In this document: positions 47,983 to 58,556 of the stretch, one piece after another
How the letters are laid out: every line of letters starts with the position of its first letter
How positions within the stretch are numbered: position 1 is the stretch's first letter
NCBI GenBank assembly: GCA_030637745.1
Contig: DAOWFX010000123.1
Coordinates: 1,147-65,146 of the forward strand
Reading direction: 5' to 3'
DNA length: 64,000 nucleotides
DNA from: Clostridia bacterium
Lineage (GTDB): Bacteria; Bacillota; Clostridia; Christensenellales; UMGS416
The notes under the pieces: model-generated
Told to the model about the DNA's origin: nothing
The model's database searches: none
The model's input: only the letters and a program-made list of their open reading frames with translations
Program-made: the position numbers and the translations under genes

Positions 47983-48840
47983 CTATTCCTCGATCACTTT
48001 ATCATACTCCGCAGGCATCTCGATACCTGCAAAATACTGTATAAATCCATCCACCATACCTGATACTAGCAGTGCGCGATAGGCATCGTCGTTGAGTAGC
48101 TTGTCGTCTTCTTCGTTGGACATATAGCCACACTCGATGAGTGTCACAGGAATGCGTGACCAGTTAAAGCCTGTAATATCTCCCCTGTATGAAAGCTTAT
48201 GATCCTTTGCATCGGTGAAAGTGATAACATTTTTTTGTATCAATCCTGATAAGCGCTTGCTTTCTTCATAAAGATGTGTGCTCACACTCTTGTATTTTGG
48301 CGTGAGCATTGATATACCGGTCTTTGAAGGACTCTTTGAACTATTGGCATGGATGCGAATCCATACATCACATCCGGCTTCTTTTACCATCTTTGCTCGC
48401 TCTTGGTTAGATATGTCCACCTCAGCGACTTCTCGCGTCATAAATACCGATGCACCACGTTCTTCTAGTGCAGCTTTTAGTAAAAATGAAATATCCAGGT
48501 TGAATACATGCTCTTTGAGCTGTGAAAGCACTCCATGCGTGCCGAAAGAGCATTTTGCCTTCATCTTCACATAATAGGGAGACTGAGATTCCTCGTCACT
48601 ATTCCCGCTCCGCTGATGACCTGGGTCGATCCCTATTTTATACCCAAGCAAATCCTGAGGTATCGGTGTATCTGTAGGTACTGGTGTTGGTGGGGGTGTT
48701 ACAGTTGGTGTTGCACTCGGTGTAACCAAAGGAGTCGGCAACACAGTCATTGTTGGAGTTGATGTATTATTTTCAACTACAGTCTGTGTACAACCACTCA
48801 GTAGCAAAATAAATAATATAATAATGATTAGTTTTTTCAT
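47983..48840 (-). CDS. N-acetylmuramoyl-L-alanine amidase (Amidase_3) lipoprotein
   Basis: Lipobox (LLLSGCTQ), a P/T-rich linker, and GIDPGHQ plus IHANS zinc-amidase motifs. Confidence 0.85.
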   Translation of the reverse strand: MKKLIIIILFILLLSGCTQTVVENNTSTPTMTVLPTPLVTPSATPTVTPPPTPVPTDTPIPQDLLGYKIGIDPGHQRSGNSDEESQSPYYVKMKAKCSFGTHGVLSQLKEHVFNLDISFLLKAALEERGASVFMTREVAEVDISNQERAKMVKEAGCDVWIRIHANSSKSPSKTGISMLTPKYKSVSTHLYEESKRLSGLIQKNVITFTDAKDHKLSYRGDITGFNWSRIPVTLIECGYMSNEEDDKLLNDDAYRALLVSGMVDGFIQYFAGIEMPAEYDKVIEE

Positions 48841-49018
48841 AAAAAAATAGCGTTACCCTTCATGTAGATAAAAAATTCTTCATCATTATATCATATAAAT
48901 CATAATGTGTAGTAACAAACGTATGAATACATAAACCTGTAAATCATGTTATTGCTTGACTGTTATTAACAGCACATTTATAATTCAAACTATTGATAAA
49001 CTCTTAGGGGGTAACACT

Positions 49019-49981
49019 TTGTTAAAAGGAAAAACGATAGCGACATTGGTTTCTGCATATAATGAAGGAAAACTTATTACAAAAACACTATCAACCATGC
49101 CAAAGTTTGTAGATAAAATCATTGTTGTCAATGATTGTGGAACAGATGACACCTTGGATCGTATTTTAGAATATATGAAGAAAGATAAGCGTGTTGTTTT
49201 AATCAAACACGAAGTGAACATGGGACTTGGTAGCACAATAAAGACTGGTTTCAAAAAATCATTAGAGCTGGATATCGATGTTACTGCTATTATGAACGGT
49301 GATGCACAGATGCATCCTGATGATCTAATTAATATTTGCACTCCGATGGTTGAAGGCAAATCAGATTTTTCCAAAGGAAATAGGCTTTTGCATACAGAAA
49401 CTATTGGATCAATGCCAAAATATCGTTTGTTTGGCAATAGCATTCTTACTTTCCTTAGCAAGATGGCATCAGGATATTGGCATGTCATTGACAGCCAATG
49501 CGGATACTCAGCAATATCTAAAGAAGCACTAAAAAGAATTCCATTTCATGAAATAACACCACGATATGGTTATAATGCAGACTTATTAAACTTACTCAAT
49601 ATTGCAAACTGCTCTGTAATTGATGTATCAGTCAAGGCAGTATATGGAGAAGAAGAGTCAAAAATAAAGATTGGAAACTATATAGTTAAAACTTCAGCAT
49701 TATTACTCAGACTATTTATTAGGCGTATGTGGCGCAAATATTTTATACTGGATTTCAATCCATTGGTGTTTTTTTATATGATGTCGGTTGTATGTTTGCT
49801 TTTTGTATCGTTCCCGATGTTCATTAGATTCTTTTATAGGCTCATTTGGCTTGATGACGTAGCAAAAACCACAGCACTTATATGTGCACTTTCGTTTTTT
49901 ATGGGATTTCAATTTTTATTCTTTGGCATGTGGATGGACATGGATGACAACAAGCGCCTAAATCCACGTATAAAAAACTAG
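49019..49981 (+). CDS. family 2 glycosyltransferase with C-terminal TM helices
   Basis: TTG 49019 follows TAGGGGG. Motifs are TLVSAYNEG and NGDAQMHPDD (DxD-like). The start is uncertain (48956 in the track). Confidence 0.75.
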   Translation: MLKGKTIATLVSAYNEGKLITKTLSTMPKFVDKIIVVNDCGTDDTLDRILEYMKKDKRVVLIKHEVNMGLGSTIKTGFKKSLELDIDVTAIMNGDAQMHPDDLINICTPMVEGKSDFSKGNRLLHTETIGSMPKYRLFGNSILTFLSKMASGYWHVIDSQCGYSAISKEALKRIPFHEITPRYGYNADLLNLLNIANCSVIDVSVKAVYGEEESKIKIGNYIVKTSALLLRLFIRRMWRKYFILDFNPLVFFYMMSVVCLLFVSFPMFIRFFYRLIWLDDVAKTTALICALSFFMGFQFLFFGMWMDMDDNKRLNPRIKN

Positions 49982-49982
49982 T

Positions 49983-51299
49983 ATGCAGGAACTCATCGTA
50001 AAGATAAAAAAAGCAATGGCTTCCCAACTGGGCGGCGGTATATCATGGAATATGGTAGCACTTGGCTTTATGGCTGTTGGTGGATTGCTTTACACTGCAA
50101 TTATAAAATCAGCCTATGGAGCAGAGACACTAGGACTTTTTGGCCAAACTTTTGGCTACTATGTGGCAATGGCACAATTGGGTGTTTGTGGTGTACATTT
50201 TTCTACCCTCAAATATGTAAGTGAATTTCATGAAGATAGTGATAAAGTTGCAAAAATATTTGGTAGCGCAATATTTATAACATCAATTATTGCGTTTCTA
50301 ATCTCAATACTTACTTATGTTATTCTAGCCATTCTTAATAACATCCCAAATTTCTTCAAAGCAGAACTAGTTTCCTATATGTTTTATGTAGTCCCTGCAT
50401 TGTTTTTCTTTTCTATTAATAAAGTTATTTTGAATTACCTCAATGGATTATCCAAGATGAAGGAATATGCAGTATTTCAGTCTTTAAGAAATATATTTAT
50501 CATTACTTCAATTGTATTATTCACAATATTTAAAGCACCAGGGAAAATGCTTGTTTTATGTTTTGTAATATCAGAGTTTCTATTATTATTATGCATAGTA
50601 GCATACTCTCTAAAAGCTCATTATATTAATATGAAACTAGACAAAGACTGGATAAAAGAACACATAAGATATGGCTTTAAAATAATGCCAGGAAGTTTTG
50701 TATTAGAGCTGAATGCCCGTGTGGATGTCTTTGTGCTTGGAGTACTGACTAATGATTATATTACTGGTATATACTTATTTGCTTTGCGGTATGCAGAAGG
50801 TTTCTATCAATTGCTTGTTGTGGTCAGGAGAAACATTAATCCGATAATTGCACAATATATTGCTCAGAAGGATTTTCCGTCACTTACAAAGCTGAAGAAT
50901 GATTTAATGCGCTATGCTAAATACCTAGTTCCTGCATGTGCAGTGCTTATAGTAATAGGCTTTGCAGCTGTCAGTTTAGTAATTGATGAAACAGAAAACT
51001 TTCAAGCAACAATTCCACTAATTATTGTAATGGTCTCCATAACGATTACTTCCAAACACATTATTTTCGGAAACATACTAAACCAAGGTGGTTTTCCTGC
51101 AAGTGAAGCACGTTTAAACATCGCAACACTACTTACAAATGCAACCTTGAATATCCTTCTGATACCACTATGGGGTATGATTGGTGCAGCGGTTGCAACA
51201 GCAATTTCATATATTGTATTTTCAATTATCCTTACGTATAGCGCCAATAACAAGTTGCAATATAACCTTATAAAAAGTAAAAGGCGTGAAAATGAATAA
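49983..51299 (+). CDS. oligosaccharide/polysaccharide flippase (MOP/Wzx-type)
   Basis: 438-aa protein with about 12-14 TM segments and flippase-like topology, adjacent to GT2. Confidence 0.7.
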   Translation: MQELIVKIKKAMASQLGGGISWNMVALGFMAVGGLLYTAIIKSAYGAETLGLFGQTFGYYVAMAQLGVCGVHFSTLKYVSEFHEDSDKVAKIFGSAIFITSIIAFLISILTYVILAILNNIPNFFKAELVSYMFYVVPALFFFSINKVILNYLNGLSKMKEYAVFQSLRNIFIITSIVLFTIFKAPGKMLVLCFVISEFLLLLCIVAYSLKAHYINMKLDKDWIKEHIRYGFKIMPGSFVLELNARVDVFVLGVLTNDYITGIYLFALRYAEGFYQLLVVVRRNINPIIAQYIAQKDFPSLTKLKNDLMRYAKYLVPACAVLIVIGFAAVSLVIDETENFQATIPLIIVMVSITITSKHIIFGNILNQGGFPASEARLNIATLLTNATLNILLIPLWGMIGAAVATAISYIVFSIILTYSANNKLQYNLIKSKRRENE

Positions 51300-52257
51300 C
51301 AAAACAGATAATAAAGTCAATATATTTGATGCAGGAATTATACTTCTCATTACAGTTACACTTTTCTTGTTGTCAAATCTGCTTTTCACATTTGTGATAC
51401 CTGCTGAATGGTTAGCAAATCCTAATTTCTATGTTTGGGTAGGTGTTATTGAGCTTTTTGCAATAGGACTTCCCCCGATTCTGTATCTAGTTATAAAGAA
51501 AATATCAATCAAGAAAGTATTTGGAAATAAAATATCAATCGAGCAAGGGGTCTTGTCATTCTTCCTTGCAATCTTTTGTTATCCAATCCTCGTTTTTGTG
51601 AAGTATTGTTGGTTGATGATTATGCAGGTGCTCAGAATCCCAACACTTGACGCTGTTATGCCACCCATAAATACTGTGGGTATATTTCTAATTGCTGTTA
51701 TATCGATTTCGATGATTCCCGCAATTTCAGAAGAATTTTTGTTCCGCGGAATACTGCAAGGGCAATTCCAAAAAAAGTATAAAGCGCGGAAAGCAATCAT
51801 ACTATCTGCTGTATTTTTTATGCTCATGCATGGAGACCTATCGTCTCTTACCTACACATTTGCAGCAGGACTAGCTTTGGGGATCTTGTATCATCAAACA
51901 TGTTCTTTGTGGACAGTGATTATATTTCATGCAACAAATAACTTTATTGGAGTTGTATTTAATTATTTGATCTCATTACTCGGTTTTGAGTATCTTACAG
52001 AAGGACAAACCAATGCATTGCCAATGAGCTATGAGGTAGTACTTGTACTTATTGGGATGCTTGTTATTTCTGCAATTTGCTTCGGTATTTGTGCGTTGCT
52101 ATTCTGGGGACTTAAGAAAGTATCAGGACCAAAACAGATAGATACATTCGATACAAGACCATTGGAAAAGATAGTTTACTTGCCGTATATAGTTGCAGCA
52201 ATTTTGCTATTGTTACTAATTATTGTTCCAACGGTAGTTCGACTAATTGCAGCATAG
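51286..52257 (+). CDS. CPBP-family intramembrane glutamic endopeptidase
   Basis: SEEFLFRG and FHATNN motifs in a polytopic protein. Confidence 0.8.
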   Translation: MKMNNKTDNKVNIFDAGIILLITVTLFLLSNLLFTFVIPAEWLANPNFYVWVGVIELFAIGLPPILYLVIKKISIKKVFGNKISIEQGVLSFFLAIFCYPILVFVKYCWLMIMQVLRIPTLDAVMPPINTVGIFLIAVISISMIPAISEEFLFRGILQGQFQKKYKARKAIILSAVFFMLMHGDLSSLTYTFAAGLALGILYHQTCSLWTVIIFHATNNFIGVVFNYLISLLGFEYLTEGQTNALPMSYEVVLVLIGMLVISAICFGICALLFWGLKKVSGPKQIDTFDTRPLEKIVYLPYIVAAILLLLLIIVPTVVRLIAA

Positions 52258-52485
52258 AAAATAGTAACCATTATTAAAAAAAACACTGCTTATACATAGC
52301 GTAGCCACCTAAATATTATCTTCTAAAGTCATTTTTCGTATATCAAAGTGATATTACAAATTCAATGAATAGTTACCATTAAAAATATTGCAAAATTACT
52401 AAATGTAGTGGTGAAATGTGCTTGTTTATACTATGGGTAGTATGCTATAATTAATTGATATATTATAGCTACAAGTCGATTTTAT

Positions 52486-53175
52486 ATGAAGGAGTTCACA
52501 GTGCGCACACAACAGTGGTTGTTAGAGTTAAAAGGGTATATTATACGTAGCACCACAGAAGCAGCACGTGATTTTTGGCCTTCTCCCAATGAAGTAGGCT
52601 CTCCATATTTCAATTTTAGATTAGAACATATTCGTCAGGTGGAACGGGATGCATTGCATATTATGAATTCTGAACGCGGTGACGAGGAAATAGTTATGGC
52701 ATCTGTATGGATTCATGACAGGTTTCAGCCACAATTTGAAGGAGCGCAACATGCAGATAAAGCAGCTCGTTGGACACGGGAACATCTTTCACAACTTGGA
52801 TTCCCATCACATAAGGTTGAATCGGTAGCACTTGCAGTGAAGCACCACACAAGAAGATCCATGGACATACCGCAGGAGCTTAGAGAAGCACAAATGCTGT
52901 GGGATGCAGATAGACTAGCGCGTCTAGGTCCAATGAATTTAATCAGCTATATGATGACACATCTTGCAGAAGATTTTTTGAAAGATCTATCCGGTAATTC
53001 ACAGTTCAAGTCGGGCAGTTTAAGCATTAAGGACTTTACGCCCATATTACTTGAAAAAAGAAGTGCGCTCTTTCGTGCGGACTGGTTTTACTTTGACGAG
53101 TCAAGGACTATCGCCAGAAAGAGAATTGCCGCCACAAGAGCATTTTTGGATGTATTAGAAACTCAGATATATTAG
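52486..53175 (+). CDS. HD-domain phosphohydrolase
   Basis: H...HD...H...D pattern (LEHIRQ, WIHDR, KHHTR, WDADRL). An alternative GTG start at 52501 follows AAGGAG. Confidence 0.75.
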   Translation: MKEFTVRTQQWLLELKGYIIRSTTEAARDFWPSPNEVGSPYFNFRLEHIRQVERDALHIMNSERGDEEIVMASVWIHDRFQPQFEGAQHADKAARWTREHLSQLGFPSHKVESVALAVKHHTRRSMDIPQELREAQMLWDADRLARLGPMNLISYMMTHLAEDFLKDLSGNSQFKSGSLSIKDFTPILLEKRSALFRADWFYFDESRTIARKRIAATRAFLDVLETQIY

Positions 53176-53249
53176 TGTTAATTTTATACTATTTATGAAC
53201 ACTTAATCTTGTTGTAGCAATAAATGAAAAACTGAAAGTAGTGAAATAA

Positions 53250-54140
53250 ATGAAAGTAATATATAAAAGAATAATGTGCAATATTTCTTTTAAAAATTCT
53301 TTTAAAGTAGAAATTCTTAAAGCTTCACTTATATTAACAAGGTTATCTAGAATTATGCGACGCCTACTATCTTATGCAAAGCCCTTGATTGTAGTAATTG
53401 TATGCATGATTTTATACATATTTATTGTATTTAGAATAAATTACAGAGAAGAATATCTTTCCATACTAGATGCTTTTTGGGATCTTAGAAATACTATTTT
53501 TACCGTTCTTGTTCTATCATATTTTGTTAATGTTTCTGCTAGAGAAAGAGATTATAGGACTAGAATTCGGATAAGGCATAATGTTTATTGTCACATCATG
53601 TTTGAATATCAAGATTGTATTGAAAAAATTCTAGAAACTCTTGGGAAGAAGCCTATTGAACCATTTTGTTTATATTCAAGTGAAAGCATTAAAAAAATAA
53701 AACATTATATTGGTAAGGAAATGAATCGTAATAAAACATTCATTTCTTATGAGAATAATTATACCAGGCTAATTGAATATCTAAGTAGATTAATGAGTAT
53801 TACGCAGACGTTGATGATTAAAAAAGACACATTTAATTCAAGTTGGGATTTAGGACATAATGGTGCAATGTTTGAATATTACATAGAAACTTTACCTTCT
53901 TCTATTCAAAAAGCTATTGATAATATGAAATATAGTCCTGTTAATATAAAACAATATACAGAGTTTTTGAAGGACTTCAAATCAATTGTTTACGATATAG
54001 AGAAATTAATTGAACATATTCGTATACCGTGGAGAATTGATGTTAAGAAACACTTAGCAATTGTAAAATTAATTTATCCAGAAAACAAGAAAAAACTTGA
54101 AGATGATTATTATTTATCATTGTTGTTTAACCTTAAATAA
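53250..54140 (+). CDS. hypothetical membrane-anchored protein
   Basis: 296-aa ORF in a visibly AT-rich segment, with a TM segment (LIVVIVCMILYIFIVF). No motif recognised, and the start may be ATG 53355. Confidence 0.5.
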   Translation: MKVIYKRIMCNISFKNSFKVEILKASLILTRLSRIMRRLLSYAKPLIVVIVCMILYIFIVFRINYREEYLSILDAFWDLRNTIFTVLVLSYFVNVSARERDYRTRIRIRHNVYCHIMFEYQDCIEKILETLGKKPIEPFCLYSSESIKKIKHYIGKEMNRNKTFISYENNYTRLIEYLSRLMSITQTLMIKKDTFNSSWDLGHNGAMFEYYIETLPSSIQKAIDNMKYSPVNIKQYTEFLKDFKSIVYDIEKLIEHIRIPWRIDVKKHLAIVKLIYPENKKKLEDDYYLSLLFNLK

Positions 54141-54235
54141 GCATTTTTATAATAGTATTTGTCAACAATCACTATATTTCTTGCATCATCAAAAATTGAG
54201 ATATTGAGATTAACAGGAATAGATTTATGGAACCG

Positions 54236-55837
54236 CTATATAATATATAAATATCCCGTTAGTACAGCAAAGAATATCACAATAGATAGTGCAATTCCAT
54301 TAATTCCAATATCAAAATCACGAATTTTGCTCAAGAAAGACTTGCCTTTCAATAGCTTAAAATAGATAAAATATGATGCGATAACAGACACGATGAATAT
54401 TCCGGCTTTAAGAGTATATTCACTCGCATTCACATGTGCGCTGTATCCAAAGAGGATCTCGATGATGTCAGCACCCATAAGTCCACCGAGCAAGCACATT
54501 CCACCAAGAAGCACTATAATAATGCTACGAAGCTTCGGCACCTTTGCCCTTTTTCCGTTTCCAGTAAATACTTTCAAGAATTTCACAAAAGATATTAGTG
54601 TACCCAGTGTGATAATAATTAATATAATATCAAACAACAGATTGTTTGAACCATGTGATATCAGGTATTTTGATATACTTCCATTGAAAAACGGCGCACC
54701 AGTGATACCTAAGATTGCACAAATTGCAGCACCGGATACCCATGGCATTCGTTTGAAGACACCGTGCATTTCATGAATATTTCGTGTTTTATATTCTTCT
54801 ATCATCATTCCTGCTGCGAGGAATAGAACTGTCTTAAATAGAGCATGACTTAGTATGTGGTATACTCCTCCCCAATATGCAACTTCGCTTCCCATATTGA
54901 GTGCCATCATAATCAGTCCAAGCTGTGAAACTGTATGATATGCTAGTATCAGCTTAATATCGCTTTGTGCAATAGCCAAAGCGAATCCTACAAATGCGGT
55001 GATTATTCCGCACACCAGAAAGAAATCTTGCGTGTCAATGATGTAAAATGCGTTGGTAATACGCAGGTATAGATAGATTCCACCTTTAACATAGAGCCCT
55101 GAAAGTGTAGCGGAGACCACAGAGGGCGCACCGGGAGTCCCGTGTGCTTTGGGCAACCAAGAGAACAATGGCATTAAAGCGGCTTTTAAGCACACTGAAG
55201 TCAGTATAAAACTATATGGAAGATACAAGGCTTTCACATTTGTCACATCACTCATGATGGTTTTAAGGAGTCTTAAGGAGAAAGTTCCTGTCTGTTTATA
55301 TAGCATTGCAAGACCAAACAAGAAAAAAGTCATCGAGAATATATTGACGAGCAAGTATATCATTCCATCATACATGCTTCGGGAGTCTCGTTTTGACATA
55401 ATCAAAAGCGATACCACAATAGTAGATACTTCAACCATTACAAATATCGTAAACAGATCATCACACAAGAATATTGCACACATGAGTCCTTCGAATATTA
55501 AAAAGAGCATTAAAAAGAGATTGTTCACATAGTGACGATGGATATTGAAAAGCAGTAATATTAGAAACAAGAATGATACTAGCAGTACCATCACAGCAGA
55601 AAGATTATCTGCAAAAAGTTCAATTCCAACTGGAGCATTCCATCCTCCCAAAGCAATTAGTAAGGGATTACTTTTAGATGAAATAAATACCATGACACTA
55701 TATCCTGCATGGATTACTTGAGCAATTATGCATAGCACAATACCAAACTTCTTCGGAACAAAATAAACAAGAATACCAATAAATATTGGAAGCAGTATTA
55801 GAATATATAGATATCTGGTTAACAATATTTCCATCAA
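54236..55837 (-). CDS. Mrp/Mnh antiporter subunit D (NuoL/M/N-like proton-translocating subunit; MbhH-like)
   Basis: 533-aa polytopic protein with Complex-I antiporter-like blocks (WLPKAH...P, SQLG). Confidence 0.85.
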   Translation of the reverse strand: MMEILLTRYLYILILLPIFIGILVYFVPKKFGIVLCIIAQVIHAGYSVMVFISSKSNPLLIALGGWNAPVGIELFADNLSAVMVLLVSFLFLILLLFNIHRHYVNNLFLMLFLIFEGLMCAIFLCDDLFTIFVMVEVSTIVVSLLIMSKRDSRSMYDGMIYLLVNIFSMTFFLFGLAMLYKQTGTFSLRLLKTIMSDVTNVKALYLPYSFILTSVCLKAALMPLFSWLPKAHGTPGAPSVVSATLSGLYVKGGIYLYLRITNAFYIIDTQDFFLVCGIITAFVGFALAIAQSDIKLILAYHTVSQLGLIMMALNMGSEVAYWGGVYHILSHALFKTVLFLAAGMMIEEYKTRNIHEMHGVFKRMPWVSGAAICAILGITGAPFFNGSISKYLISHGSNNLLFDIILIIITLGTLISFVKFLKVFTGNGKRAKVPKLRSIIIVLLGGMCLLGGLMGADIIEILFGYSAHVNASEYTLKAGIFIVSVIASYFIYFKLLKGKSFLSKIRDFDIGINGIALSIVIFFAVLTGYLYII

Positions 55838-56175
55838 TGTTCCTTCCGTGCTTTCTGTGCCTTGGTCCAGTTTGTAGTACCGTATCGATGATATAAAGAG
55901 ATAAACATTGTTAGCGCAACAGCGGTTACGCCCACTCCGATAACGATTGCAGTGATCATTAGAGCATGAGGAATCGGATCAGCTGAGATTCCTGCTGCAC
56001 TAATAGGTGCACGCTCTGCACCTATTGCGCCATTTGCTAGGAAGAAAAGGATTACAGCAGCTTCCATGATACCCAAAGACATCACAGTTTTGATGATATT
56101 TCGTCTTGCAATGACGCCATATACACCGATAAAGAAGATGATAATTGCAGTGATTTCGCCGATTGAATAATTCAT
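55834..56175 (-). CDS. Mrp/Mnh antiporter subunit C (NuoK-like)
   Basis: 113 aa with 3 TM segments and a GIMEAAV-type pattern. It has a 4-nt overlap with subunit D. Confidence 0.8.
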   Translation of the reverse strand: MNYSIGEITAIIIFFIGVYGVIARRNIIKTVMSLGIMEAAVILFFLANGAIGAERAPISAAGISADPIPHALMITAIVIGVGVTAVALTMFISLYHRYGTTNWTKAQKARKEH

Positions 56176-56177
56176 AC

Positions 56178-56579
56178 TTATCTTGCCTCATAAAATACAA
56201 ATCTAAAAAATATAATGGACAAACCACAACACACCTTAAGACCAATGAGTATGTTAATCAGTAGCAACCAAGCTTGATCCAGATTATATTCTTTAAGTAT
56301 TTGCATATTTTGTCCGATTAATACTACAGAAAAAAGCAGTATGAGTAACATTAGTGCTTTTTCCATATTACGCAATGTCACGAGTGAATTTCCCTGACCT
56401 TCTCCGCTTAACCAGCGAAACATGAGTACTACAGATAAAATCGCACCCCCTTGGAATCCACCACCTACACCAGAAGCACCATTGATAATGACATATATTC
56501 CGAATATCAAAGATATTGGAACTAGGAGCTTTGTGGTTGACATAATGATTTGACTATTATCCTTCATCAGTATCTTCAC
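56178..56579 (-). CDS. Mrp/Mnh antiporter subunit B (MnhB domain)
   Basis: The GVGGGFQGGAIL motif is characteristic of MnhB. Confidence 0.8.
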   Translation of the reverse strand: MKILMKDNSQIIMSTTKLLVPISLIFGIYVIINGASGVGGGFQGGAILSVVLMFRWLSGEGQGNSLVTLRNMEKALMLLILLFSVVLIGQNMQILKEYNLDQAWLLLINILIGLKVCCGLSIIFFRFVFYEAR

Positions 56580-56844
56580 TCCTTGAAAAAGATATTACAG
56601 CAACTGCACTGACCAAAAGTACAAGTGCTTCAAAAAGCGTATCCCACAATCTGAAGTTTAGGTATATAGCAGATACTGCATTATCTGCACCGGTATATTC
56701 TACATGGTTTTCAACCACACTATCTCGTGCTAGTGTGGTGTCCAAGGTGGAGCTTGGGGTGATTATGAGTAGAACAATTAGCATAAATGCAAGCAACATG
56801 CAAAACACCAACAATATAGGTCTTCTTAGGTTGCTAATCTTCAT
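56557..56844 (-). CDS. MnhB-related small subunit (MbhE-like)
   Basis: The GADNAVSAIYLNFRLWDTLFEALVLL motif belongs to the MnhB-related domain. ATG 56844 was chosen. Confidence 0.7.
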   Translation of the reverse strand: MKISNLRRPILLVFCMLLAFMLIVLLIITPSSTLDTTLARDSVVENHVEYTGADNAVSAIYLNFRLWDTLFEALVLLVSAVAVISFSRSEDTDEG

Positions 56845-57373
56845 ATTCCACGTCCTCTGATGATAAAGAAAAATAGCTGACTTTTTCCTCGTCATACTGT
56901 TTGTTTTCTAGGAAAGTTCGAATCAATGGAGAGTGATAGCTTGATGCACTGGAGTATAAAATCATTTGATCTGCCTGATGAACGATGAGCACATCAAATC
57001 GTTCGGTATCATGAAGATGGGAGTCGTCTAAGGATGTATGGATGAGCTGTGGACCAAATTCATTTTTTGCTAAGTACTTTTCAAATGACAATAAGAATTC
57101 TCGACTATGAGCGTCATCATCTTCAGGAACATAGTATATAACAAATGTTTTATACTTTTTCAATGCTGTCAAAAATAAGATAACAGAAATTGTGCAGCCG
57201 ATGATTGCTTCTGCTATCGCAACATCCGGCGCATAAAGCAATAGATAAACAAGAGATGATACCAGTGAGAATATTCCTAAATATATAACAGAATTACGAA
57301 GCCTTTTTCCTTGAACAGTCAAAAAGGCAGTGACGATTAATATAAAGTATAATATATATCTTGCAATCATCAT
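56834..57373 (-). CDS. DUF4040 subunit (MrpA C-terminal-like / MbhD-like) with about 100-aa soluble C-terminal extension
   Basis: The N-terminal 3-TM region LYAPDVAIAEAIIG is DUF4040-like, followed by a non-membrane acidic tail. Confidence 0.7.
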   Translation of the reverse strand: MMIARYILYFILIVTAFLTVQGKRLRNSVIYLGIFSLVSSLVYLLLYAPDVAIAEAIIGCTISVILFLTALKKYKTFVIYYVPEDDDAHSREFLLSFEKYLAKNEFGPQLIHTSLDDSHLHDTERFDVLIVHQADQMILYSSASSYHSPLIRTFLENKQYDEEKVSYFSLSSEDVEYED

Positions 57374-57675
57374 CGTTTTTTCCTCTTCAACTTTTGGGGT
57401 CGATATCCACTAATGAAAGCAGACCTTGCAGTAGCATGAGAAGATATAGGATTTGTAATGAGTGCCAGAACTAAAACCAAAGCAGCTTTCAAGACAAATT
57501 CAACGCTGGGTGCACTAAAAAACGTTGCAACCATGAAGAATATCATTCCAACAGTATCAATGTTACCGGATACAAGTATTCTTTCATAAAATGCATGAAA
57601 GCGAAATTGTAAAATTATTGTACAAAGCATAATTACAAACGAGATAGACATCAAGATAATTGATAATATGCTCAT
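57370..57675 (-). CDS. Mrp/Mnh antiporter subunit G
   Basis: MSILSIILMSISFVIMLCTIILQFRF...H...GMIFF is MnhG-like. ATG 57675 gives an ATGA overlap with subunit F. Confidence 0.75.
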   Translation of the reverse strand: MSILSIILMSISFVIMLCTIILQFRFHAFYERILVSGNIDTVGMIFFMVATFFSAPSVEFVLKAALVLVLALITNPISSHATARSAFISGYRPQKLKRKKR

Positions 57676-57932
57676 AATGCACCACGCTCCTTGACAAATC
57701 TTGCAATGAGTACAGTGGATATGCATGAAAACAAGGTGAAACTTATCGCGATATCGAGTATGTATGTCTTCTGTGTAAAGAGTGCAAATGCACAAATAAG
57801 CATCACAACTTTTGAAGAAATCACATTAAAAGCAAGGAGCCGATCCCAAATAGTAGGACCTATGATCATACGTATTATCAATATTGCAATGAAGGCAGAA
57901 AGCAGTGTATAGGCAATCATCGGATAATTCAT
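57672..57932 (-). CDS. Mrp/Mnh antiporter subunit F
   Basis: 86 aa with GPTIWDRLLAFNVISSKVV, the MnhF/PhaF pattern. Confidence 0.8.
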   Translation of the reverse strand: MNYPMIAYTLLSAFIAILIIRMIIGPTIWDRLLAFNVISSKVVMLICAFALFTQKTYILDIAISFTLFSCISTVLIARFVKERGAL

Positions 57933-58423
57933 TTTATGTCTACCTCTACTTTCATTAGTATTTTTTCAAGGTACTTCACATCATTAATATCTGAAGCGGA
58001 TTGTTTCTTATACAATTTCATAAACTTCAGAGTGTTATTTGCTTTATCAATGATTACAGTTCCCGGTGTTAAAGTTATTGAGTTTGCAAGCAGTGTAATA
58101 AGCATATCATTCTTCAATGTGCTTTTATACTCAATTAAAGTTGAAGTTGTTTGATAGAACAGTCCAAGGACTAGCGACTTGATACCTGAAGTAATAATGA
58201 TAATTATTAGATTGACAAGATACCAAATCATAGGGATAAGTTTCATCTGATATCGTGCTATGAATGTTTTCCCAAAAAATAATATACAAACAATCAATGA
58301 AGCAATACTCAACCCAAAGCCGACAAGTAGAGTTGTAATCGTAAAATTTTCTCGTAAAACCATATAAATAAAGGTCAATATGATGACCCATAAAGCATAT
58401 GTAATTATATTTCGAAATTTCAT
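57929..58423 (-). CDS. Mrp/Mnh antiporter subunit E
   Basis: ATG 58423 is preceded by GGAGAA. It has an MnhE-like size (164 aa) and the LTPGTV motif. The longer track ORF (to 58735) looks like an artefactual N-terminal extension. Confidence 0.7.
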   Translation of the reverse strand: MKFRNIITYALWVIILTFIYMVLRENFTITTLLVGFGLSIASLIVCILFFGKTFIARYQMKLIPMIWYLVNLIIIIITSGIKSLVLGLFYQTTSTLIEYKSTLKNDMLITLLANSITLTPGTVIIDKANNTLKFMKLYKKQSASDINDVKYLEKILMKVEVDIK

Positions 58424-58556
58424 ATCTCTGATATTCTCCAAACCTTTACTTAACAATATTATAGCATCTTTAATTATTAAATAAAATAAGATTAGCTTAC
58501 ATTGCATTACATTATATTCTATAATTATGATATCTTTTAATAACAAGGAGCTAACA

